Below, piece by piece: positions 52,201 through 62,000 of a DNA stretch of 64,000 nucleotides. Origin of the DNA: Tubiluchus corallicola (taxonomy: Eukaryota; Animalia; Priapulida); contig JAQGDQ010000082.1 in NCBI GenBank assembly GCA_030141605.1, positions 372,001 to 436,000 on the forward strand, given 5' to 3'. The notes beneath the pieces were generated by a model, which saw nothing but the letters and a program-made list of their open reading frames with translations, was not told the DNA's origin and ran no database searches. Positions within the stretch are counted from its first letter, which is position 1, and the number at the start of each line of letters is the position of its first letter. Both the position numbers and the translations under genes were made by a program.

Positions 52201-55023
52201 TCACTGATTTGTTTTATATTTTTTGTAGTTTATTCATTTAAGACTTGTTAATCGCCATCAAGTGAATAAATACGCTTCAAGTTTTCTATAAGATGCTGAG
52301 ACATTTAGCAGCAAGCAACGAATCTATGATTTTGCGCGGTAAACACTATACTAAATGGAGAAGTAACCGCTGCACTATTGTGTTTTTTTTAAAAAATGAA
52401 ACTGAAAAGAAATAGAAATACATGTTTTAATATTTCACCTCGAAAATTTTGCTCTGTTTAGCGATAACAGTTGTTCTCTAAATTGTTGTCAATGGTCAAG
52501 TTTTAAAAATGTGATTTATCGCTAAGCAGTGTGCAGTTAAGCTAAGTCTTAGAATAACTCTACTGTTACACCTTTGTGTATTGTGCAGGTTCTTATAGCG
52601 ATTATAGACATTAGTTGCATTTGTTGGCAGCCTTATTTTGAGCTTTTTTCTAATGTTTTTACTTTGCATAATTATTTTTCAGCTAATGAAAGGAAAGTTT
52701 TACGAGCAACTGCTCACGTTCAGCAGCATCTAGGTTGTGCTGTGAACATTCATCCAGGTCGCAACAGCCAAGAGGCGCCATTCGAAGTAATCCGTATCGT
52801 CCAAGAGGCGGGCATAGATGTCAAAAAGACTACCATGTCGCATCTTGACAGTATGTACCAAGCATAATTTCTATGAAGTTAGGTACTTTATTTCAGTAAC
52901 AAAAATGTATTTGTTAGGACTGTTTAATTAATGAATGTGGAAAATATAAATTCGCGCAGCAGCATCTGGGTTGCCATTCGAAATAATTCGTATCATCCAA
53001 GAGGCGGGCACAGATGTAAAAAAGATGACCATGTCGCATTTTGACAGTATGTATCAATCATGTGAAAGATCAGTTTAAACCGACACATATTGAAGCTAGC
53101 CTGAATTGAGACTGCAGTCGGTGAGGATCGGGTTGGTTGTTTGTCAGTCTCTGTAATACCATCTTCGCTGTTATAAAAAACATGTGTAAAAAGCAATTAA
53201 AGACCAATTGACATTGTATATAACAGACCAGCACAGAAAACTGGTGCATTTCCAGCATTTTAGAAAGTTTTTAAGCCTGAAAAATAATAACAAAATTTTA
53301 GTTCAAAATGAGACTTGAACATTGCTTTGAGTTGCATTTACATTTGCTTTTTTGAAGTTTCACAAGATTAACAGTAAAATAGATAAAAAATTATATGTGT
53401 TGCTCTAACTGCTGAAATAAAGTGATTTTAGCAATAACAGTTTACTGTGATTTAGCGGACTTATTGCAGCTTCAACCCACAAAGCAATTTTTGGTTGTTG
53501 TATGTGTTTGGATATACATGCAAGAAATTGTAGGTGAAACTACTAAGCCTGGCAGAAGGGAGTTTTATAGATTGTGTTATTTAAATAAAGATAGAAAATT
53601 TGCAATTTGATTCTAGTCCATTTTTAACAAGAAGCATTTCTGTTGTCATTCTTTTATTAAAACTCTACATGCTTTGAAGAGCCTGTACTTTTGAAAGCCT
53701 CATATGGCTTTTGAGATGCAGTCTGAGTATCACAGCACTAAAGAAGCTTGAGCTCTAGCTCTGGAATCCAATATGTAGAAGTATAGCCATACGGACACGG
53801 TATCCAGAGACATACAGCCACAGAAATAATATGCATTTTAATAGACTTTCTAGTATTTCACCAGTCTGTGTCAATGTTATTATGTGTCTGTCAAACAAGT
53901 GAAAAGCATTAACATTAATTTTTATGTTAAAATACTTGTTCCTAAAATAATTTTCAATAACTCATTTATTTTTCACAGGAACACTTGGTTCTTTGGATAA
54001 AGTCCTAAAATTTGCTAGTCTTGGGAGTTTTTGTGAGTGGGACCTATTTGGCATTGAAACATCATATTACTTGCTGAATCCAACCTTTGATATGCCTAGT
54101 GATGGTCAGCGCATTGGATTTATACAGGCAATGATTGCTGAGGATAGGACTGACCAAATTCTAATTTCACATGATGTGCATACAAAGCACAGGCTGGTAG
54201 GTTATTTCTGTACACTGTACCCAGTATGTCCAGTTAATGTGTTTTTTGATGGCAAGTCCTGTTATAAAACAAAAATGTTTTTGAAACAATGTCTGGCATA
54301 GCCACATTTATTGTGGTTAAACTACAGAGGTGCTAATATGTCTATATAATCAAGTTAATAGTTACTGAACAGGAAAAAAATTTGGAGCAAGCCCCTTCCT
54401 TGCCATCATACTTGAAACCCAGCTTAGAGCATTCTTGTTGTTCAAAAAATTTTAATATCTAATTTTGGTGACTTGATATTAAATTTAGGTGATGTCCTCT
54501 CACGTACCATTACTTTAGCGAGTGGGAGTATGTAAAACAAAAACAAACAGCATTATATGATAATTTTTTGTATTATGAACGATTGTACCAAGACACTTTT
54601 CTACAGCATGGAAAGTCTCATTAACAAGTATTGGAGTAGTTCATAGAAAAGTAGCTTGTGTCACTAAGCTCTGTACATAGACTTGATGTTATTACTAATT
54701 ACTGAAAGCACAAAACACCGTTTATCTGTGATTGATTTTTTCATCCATAAATTATTTGTCACGCTAAATATAGATGTCAGCACTACTGTTGCTAATAGAG
54801 TTTAGTATACTGTACTTTCTTACAACCTCCGTGTGCCGGTTAATATAAGTAATTGTTAGCAAATGAAATTTATTAACTTTTGTAGATGAAATATGGAGGC
54901 CATGGTTTTTCACATATTCTGTGTGACATCATTCCGAGATTACGACATCGAGGGATGACGCAAGAAGTCATAGACAAAATAACACAGGAAAATCCTCAAC
55001 GGTGGTTAACTTTCACAAAGTAG
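49219..55023 (+). CDS. PTER: Phosphotriesterase-related protein, 356 aa; join(49219..49255,49801..49972,50611..50792,51725..51880,52683..52850,53979..54196,54886..55023)
   Basis: All introns are GT-AG with consistent phases; total 1071 nt. Metal-ligand motifs HEH, GEIG, IHPG, SHLD and ISHD are present, as is the C-terminal YGGHGFSHI...ENPQRWLTF. Confidence 0.93.
49801..49972 (+). CDS. PTER: PTER coding exon 2
   Basis: tttcatag| [22 protein letters not shown] |gtaagt. Confidence 0.92.
50611..50792 (+). CDS. PTER: PTER coding exon 3
   Basis: ttttag| [33 protein letters not shown] |gtaata; missed by the ORF track. Confidence 0.92.
51725..51880 (+). CDS. PTER: PTER coding exon 4
   Basis: ctttgtag| [24 protein letters not shown] |gtatgc; missed by the ORF track. 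Confidence 0.92.
52004..52171. mobile_element. hAT-type MITE (168 bp) in PTER intron 4
   Basis: Exact 8-bp TSD TCTGTGAG at 51996-52003 and 52172-52179; imperfect TIRs CATAGCAGTCTTAA vs CAAAGCTCTCTTAA (11 of 14 match). Confidence 0.75.
52683..52850 (+). CDS. PTER: PTER coding exon 5
   Basis: tttttcag| [22 protein letters not shown] |gtatgt. Confidence 0.93.
52957..53061 (+). pseudogene. Partial duplicate of PTER exon 5 (pseudo-exon or alternative exon)
   Basis: Copy of the 3' part of exon 5 with a 40-nt internal deletion; keeps the GACA|GTATGT donor. Confidence 0.85.
53979..54196 (+). CDS. PTER: PTER coding exon 6
   Basis: tttcacag| [33 protein letters not shown] |gtaggt. Confidence 0.93.
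54886..55023 (+). CDS. PTER: PTER coding exon 7 (terminal)
   Basis: ttttgtag| [26 protein letters not shown]. Confidence 0.93.
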   Translation: MKYGGHGFSHILCDIIPRLRHRGMTQEVIDKITQENPQRWLTFTK

Positions 55024-55116
55024 TAATGCTTTATAACGCTAGGAGCTATCACACAATAACCAAGCAAAATGTGATGTGCGAAAGTGTATATCTAAGTGAA
55101 AATTAAGTAGAATATA

Positions 55117-55158
55117 AATAAATCAGTACAACTCTAAAAACAAGTATTGCTCTTTATT
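55117..55158. terminator. Convergent putative poly(A) signals for PTER (+, 55117-55122) and MAT (-, 55158-55153)
   Basis: An AATAAA hexamer on each strand, 30 nt apart. Confidence 0.5.
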
Positions 55159-55921
55159 CGTTACAAAAAACACTGTATAAGCTTTTTGCAAATAATTTTG
55201 TTTTTTTTATAACCATGCATGCAACCATACATGCATACAGGAATGATTATGTAGCGACTATATTTTCACAGATAATTCACTATTCGACTGGTCGTAAATG
55301 TACAATATGTGATATAATGCACAAGGTACTATCTGCATCCAAACTTCTGATAACAATATTGAACAAAAAAAACATCCAACATCAACATTACTTAACAACA
55401 ACACACTACATGTAACATAAATGTGTGCACACCGAGATGAAAAACTAATAACTATTCTGCTAAAACATCTTTTTTATCTCAATTTATAACATATTTGTGA
55501 CCACTGTATCAGCGAATGAGGTACATATTTGTGTTATATGAGCGTGCCACTACCTTGATCCACTGGCAAACTTAAGATTAAAATTAATAATGAAACAATG
55601 ATTTTTATCTTGTGGAAATACATCACCATTATGGAAATTTATGTTATCCTAGACAGCTGAAAGTTAAAAACGAACATCTTTAACTGCATGCCCACTTTTG
55701 GGAGTGCTGCTCTACAAAAACTATCCAAAATTTACACGTATTTAATGAAATCAGTGTACAAAGAAATAAAACCAAGTTAAATTATGCTCGATATCCTGTG
55801 TTTAGATTGGGAAAAAATCTCACTCAAGAGTTTTGAAATTTAAATAATTCTTATTTAAAAATAATTAATGTCATCACAGATCAGAGACAGTTGCTAAAGC
55901 TTTTTTAGGCTATTTAAAACA

Positions 55922-56024
55922 TTAAAGCTGTAACTGTTTGGGCTGTTCCCAGGCAAACTCAGGACGACCAAAATGTCCATAGACGCTGGTCTTCTCATAG
56001 ATGGGCTTCCGCAGATCCAAATCT
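55922..56024 (-). CDS. MAT2A: MAT terminal coding exon ([33 protein letters not shown])
   Basis: Acceptor tttgtttag|A, phase 2, matching the upstream AA|gtatgt. Confidence 0.94.
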
Positions 56025-59000
56025 CTAAACAAACAATGAAGTAAACATTAAAAATGATTATAGTAAATGACTTTGGCACATAAAAGTCGGTTACTTTTCC
56101 TGCGTGCTGTGATATAAATTATGGCACTGGCTTAAGAACTATGAACTCTTGCCAAATATTTTTATAATACAGTCAAATCTTCTTATACAACCCCACTTAC
56201 AGGGTTACAGAAAAAGATGGCATTACGCAGGTTTGGTATTATAACAAGGTGCATTAATACATACATATCTATACAAATGTATAAACATTTTGCTTTGCCA
56301 AAATTTTGTGTGGTAAGCGAGATGTGTGGCATAATTGAAGGGGGGAGGGCATAATAAAGGCTTTTGATTGTAAATACTCTACTAAGCTTTTAGCATTATC
56401 TAATTCACAGTTTTGTACATTTATAAATATCAAATTATAGTGGAGTGTAATGACTTGTGGAACAGCGCATGAACAATCAGCTATTAAATCGTGATCTAAA
56501 CTTACCTTTGGACATTTCATATCTTTATGCTAGATATTTTATATAAATACAGGAAGTTCAAGCGCACACCAACAAGTCCTATTTTGAGAAGAAGTTTCCT
56601 CTATTTGGTATATGATGTAAAGTCATATTTCATGCTCTAAATCTAAATAATCTCAAATGTAACTGTGAGACTGAGTCTGCATTATCACTGCTCTATACCA
56701 TTAACGTTAGCAGTTCACAGTGTTCAATCCAATGCCCTGTATATACCACCGGGCACCAGGTGGAGTGACACTCAAAAGTGTGTACGTCTCATTCGTGTAT
56801 GTCTAACATTTATGAATGCGTGTACAGTATCCATACTATCATACTTTCCTGATGGAAAACAACCAGCAAAGAAAAATTTGCAACAAAAGGCTGCTTATTT
56901 TTCAAGTTCATTAAAAATTGTGAAGTTTATAATGTAGCCTTTGATCCAAAGTAGCTTCATCTACAATAGTAGTTTATTTGGATAATATTGGCTAGCCCAC
57001 AGAGTTGAATAAATCTCAAGACAAACAGGACAAACAACATTTCAGTCACCCTTATCCCACGTATGGCTAATATTTGTAACACCACATCATCTAACCATGT
57101 CCAAGTAACGAAAATCTGTATAGTCATCTTTCTTTAAAAATTCTTCGGTAACTAAACTGAAGAAATCTGGTGAAGAACGTAAATACTGCAGAAGTTGCTT
57201 TTCTACAGAAATTAATGCCAGGTTCGACAGACAGCAGTCCCTTTGTATATTCCGTGTAAATCGTTTAATGCGCTTTAATCTGCAGGATCTCTCTACTGTC
57301 ACTGTAGATGATGGTATTGTCAAGATTAAAGCAGCTAGTTTACACACTTGTGAAAATACATCATTCAAATCCAGATTGTACATAGTTTTGCATAAATTTA
57401 ACACACCATTGGTCTGAAATATGTCAGAGCTGTAGACAGCTTTAAGTTCAGACTGCAGTTGGTTTCTATCAAAGTAATCAGGGAAAGCCTTTAGCAACAA
57501 TTCCATAGCTCCAGTAGGAAAGTTACTTTGATTTCGTATAAATTCTTGTGGGTCCAACAATTTTGCAAATTGCAGCTTATCATTATCAGGAAACCTGGCC
57601 AAAAGATGTTGTGTTACATCATCAGTCACTTCATAAAATAGCCGTCTTGAGTCTTTTTTCAAGCTGTCCACCTGCGCTCTTTTTTGTACAGGTTCGTATG
57701 TAAAACCCAGCTCTATTTCTTCTATCTCTGACCAAAATTGTTCAAATGTTGATATTTTAGCAGCGATTCTATCACTACAATCCTTTACCTGTTGAATGAA
57801 ACATCCAGCGTCATAACATTTGGGTTGGAGTACAGTAAATAATACTTGAACTATATTAAATAGTTCACTGTACAGTTTAAGAAGAAACTGAAATTGGAAA
57901 TCATTGAGCAGCTGCAAAAAGCCACGAGCTTGGCTGAATGATGCAGCATCCACATCATCAGGGTTATCCAAAATTACACTGAAAAGCTCATTTAGTGCCA
58001 CTCTGTTCTCTTGCAGAATCTGCACCAGCCTTGGGGAGACATCCCAGTATGTAGGGTGCACCAAAGGCAGTCTTTGTTTGATTATAAGCTGCAAGAATTC
58101 TGATCTATTTGACAAATGACAGAAAAAACTGCTGATACTTTCCAAGCTTTTAAAAAACATCTTACATTCATTAATGTTGCTCGCTGCACCACAAAGAATG
58201 AGATTTAAAATTTGGGCATAGCAGTGTACAAAAATTGTGCAAGGATTTTCTTCTTGTACTCGCTTTTGTAAATCAAGAACTTTTTCAGCAGTAACTGTTG
58301 CACCTTCATAACTTACAGCTACTAAATGCTTTGGTGAGCAGTGAAACTGTAGACAAGTCGATTTCACATGCTCAAAAACCGCTGCAGCATTCTTTTGATT
58401 GCCGAATTCGGCACAACCGACAAAATGTTCCATAACATCACCAGTATTATTTACATATTGCAAAACAGTGGAAAGTTGGGATTTATTCGCTACATCCGAT
58501 GTCTCGTCTAATAAGATAGCAATGTAAGGAGTGGTTTTAATCTCTTTAGCAATGGCAGATAGCAGTACGCTATTCACTGACTCAAGCACATCAGCTTGGA
58601 ATTTGTCGGATGTCACGGTTAAAACATCTGATGTCTCTAACTGCTGTTTTAGCAATGGATCATACTCACCGATCAAGTGCAACAATTCCACATAATAGCC
58701 TCTGTCCACAGACTGTTCTTGTTTCTCTCCTATGTGGCATATAACGCGTATTACTCTCTGCAAAATGTCACGATTTTTGCAAGCCTTCTCGTTATGCAGT
58801 CGCACAGCATTTCTCTGTTGTACCCCGAAATGGAATTCACTTGGAGCTCGTCCAAATGTCTTCAGTTGTACACAAGCGATAAGATGTTGTCGACTAGATT
58901 CATGGCGTTTCAAAGCAGTGTACAAGTTATTTAAGTCACTGTATCCATACTTATTCCAAACGCTTTTTTCACTGACAAATAGCAAACAGGGCCAACAAAA

Positions 59001-62000
59001 CAGCTTGTTTGTTGTCTGACACCCACATATCCATTCACATTTGTATACTGAAGGTGCATTGAAGTATCTTTTTAGTTTTTTACTCCCCTTTGTATATGTA
59101 GCCTCCAGCTGCAAAATCGGGGTGGGTCGCCCATTTGCTATAATTTCCAATTTATTGGTATCGTCACGAGCATCAAAATGAGTGTTTAACAAACTCTGGA
59201 CAAGTTGGGCATCCATTATAGTGATTGCATTTTAGTAAAAGACATTATTAAACTGTGAATATATCACCACCACCTCACTAATGTATGTCGCTAAAATCTG
59301 ACTCTAAATCTTAAACAATGTTGATTTTAATTCAATGCAGCTAATGCGGGTAAACCAACACTGATCAACATTTCCAGTATGAGACGATGAAAGAACGTGA
59401 TGCATTCACTCTGTGCAGTGCATGCAAGTCACGTGATGCACAGCCTTCTTACTGCAGGACTGAAAATCAATACCGTTACCATGGGGTATCTGCCACTGCG
59501 AATTTTATCCATTCTAGGTGTCCATACTTTGCAGCATTTCACTTCCGGGTATCAAGAGCGAAGGGTTACAGCATTTATCGAATAATACATTATGATTTAT
59601 GAAGAGTTTACATATGTAAACCTGCAGCCGTATAGAATAAATGGGACGTCTCCGTCTTTACAATGAATGCAGACAAAATTGGCACGCAACCATGCACACG
59701 TTCACAAGCGTGGTTTTAATCCGAACGGAAGTGGTGCTACTCTAGTTTTTTACTGGATTACTGCTCTGTTTACCTGTCTTTACCTGTTGTATATGATGAA
59801 GATGATTGTATCAGATACAGTCTTACTAAATAAATTCAAATGACAAAATTAAGAAAATTGTCTTCATGATAGCCTGAAAACTGAGCAGAATTTATCCCTC
59901 TTAAAGATAATTTCCCAATTCTGTACTCTGGACTTTTGCAGTACATTATTATGTAAGTTTATTAGGTCTGGGCTTTCTGCCTTGCAGTTGAAAAACGGAT
60001 GTTTTTGCCTACCTCATAATCATAATTTTCATTCACCGTTTTTAAAAATGCTGATTGACTAAGCTGAGTAAGCAACCCCTTTTTTCAAAATAAAGCTTTT
60101 TTCCATTAAAATTATACCTTATTCCATTCAAGCTGAGCCTGAATTACACATTGTGACTGAATCCTCTTTTTCGTCAACTCAAACACAATTTTAGTTCGTG
60201 CATTATAAAGCTGGTAGAATAATCACAAATCGTCTCGTAAACTTCCAGAGGGAGCAGCAAAAAATAGTTGAGAACAGAGAGAGAAAGAAATGATAAAGAA
60301 AAAAAGAGTTAAAGGCAAGACGAGAAAAGGATGCTTTACTTGTGTCTTTAACCTGATTATCAGTTTCATGTGTCTCCTTTTGGTTCTAGCGAGTAATACC
60401 AATGTTATTTCACATTTATTTGTCTTATTTACAAAAAAGAAATTGTTATGTTTCTTTTATTAAACACGTGGCACTTCTCTAAATTTATAAGAACACCATT
60501 GCAGAAAAATACTAATGATATATAATTGGCTATTGGCACTGTTAAATTATTGACAGCTAATTAGCTAAGGAATAATAGCTATCAAGATAATTTTGATATT
60601 TTGCCCATCTTGAAAAAGGGAAATTATTAGATTTTGCAGTCAGAAGTTAGCATGAAAAATTCTTTCTTCAAGAAGACTTGAATCTGGGCCTAATGCTTAC
60701 TAGACACTAGGTATGTGTTCTACTTATACAGAATTCTTTGCAGAGCAAACATAATTTTCAACCTTCTGACAAAGCCTTTTCACAAAAAAAATTGAGACTG
60801 CTTGCTAATAAATTTTGGATGTTTTAGGTTCAAGTCCTAATTGAAGAGTAAATTCTTTTTAATGTTTACATTTACAATGTAGGAGTGTATCGTTAAGAAA
60901 CCTTGAGTGAATAATATTAGTATTGGCAGGTTCCACATAAAATCTTTTGATATGTGTTAGACCATGGAGCCAAGCTGTTTTGGCAATCAGAAGGTATGCG
61001 CTGCACCCAAGGAATGCACACCACTAAGAAATAGGCACTCATCTTATTATAATTAATGGCGTTAATATACCAATACATTCTCAGGCAACAAGAGGATTTG
61101 TCAATAGTTGTGTACATACTTTACAATTCGACCAGGTCGCAGGTCAAAATTCTTTTCTACTATTTTGAGTAGTTCTGCATCCGTAAGTTTTGATGTACCA
61201 TATGAGAATATGGATACAGATAATGGCTTGGCAACTCCAATGGCATAGGAAATCTAAAGCAAAAAGGTCAGTTTAGCAAGCAGCATAAAGGTCGGTTCAT
61301 ATTACGTGTTAAATTTTTCAGTTAAAATAATTTTAAGTGGTACAAAAACATTTGGCCTATTAAACCAGTAGATACAGATAAATCTCTGGTTTCACATTTG
61401 TAGTTTTGCTTCTTCACAAACATAACACAAAAATAAAATTCATTTATGCCAATCATTTCACATCACTTTTTTCTCATACTCGATGAATATAACACCAATA
61501 ATATAATTTCAGTGTCAGTAGCACGTTTCATATAACGAAATCTTTACAAGAAGCGGAATGGTTGAAATTATCATCATCACCATCAGCATCAACATCATCA
61601 TCACCATCAATATCAACATCATTATTATAATTACCATCATTAATAGCCACGTTTTATGCTTTGGTCCTTCATGTGAATTTTGTTATTCATTTCAATATTA
61701 TAATTGCTACTACGTTTAAAATGGTTTTAGAAAAAAGATCCATAATCCTGAAAACGAATAACACAAACTGAATCCAGATCCAAATCTGCAAGCACAACCA
61801 TGTTTAACAGTTGACTATGCCTGATACAGTGTGGTTTACTCGTGTCAAAAAATGTAGATTGTTGCAGTCATGTCTGACTGACCAGTATGCACGGTGCTGG
61901 TGACTAATTACCGGTAGACTATGCCTGGTCCAGTGTGGATTACTAATAGTAAACTGAGCAGTTTCATCTAACTTTCACATTTTGGTTCCTTACACAATTG

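Noticed and set aside
55140-55921. METTL16 target hairpins (UACAGARAA) in the MAT 3' UTR
   Set aside because: I read the minus strand and did not find the nonamer. TACAGAAAA at ~56206 is on the antisense strand. The invertebrate-type splice-site m6A motif would lie in the 5' part of the gene, outside the window.
59217-59252. In-frame MAT-transposase fusion protein (CSB-PGBD3 style)
   Set aside because: There is an in-frame TAA at 59234-59232 upstream of the ATG, and the phase-2 MAT donor reads into a different frame at the only nearby acceptor.
56025-61119. Autonomous hAT element with TIRs and TSD around the 709-aa ORF
   Set aside because: No matching inverted termini or 8-bp duplication found by eye, and the catalytic motifs are altered. 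An einverted or self-BLAST run would settle it.
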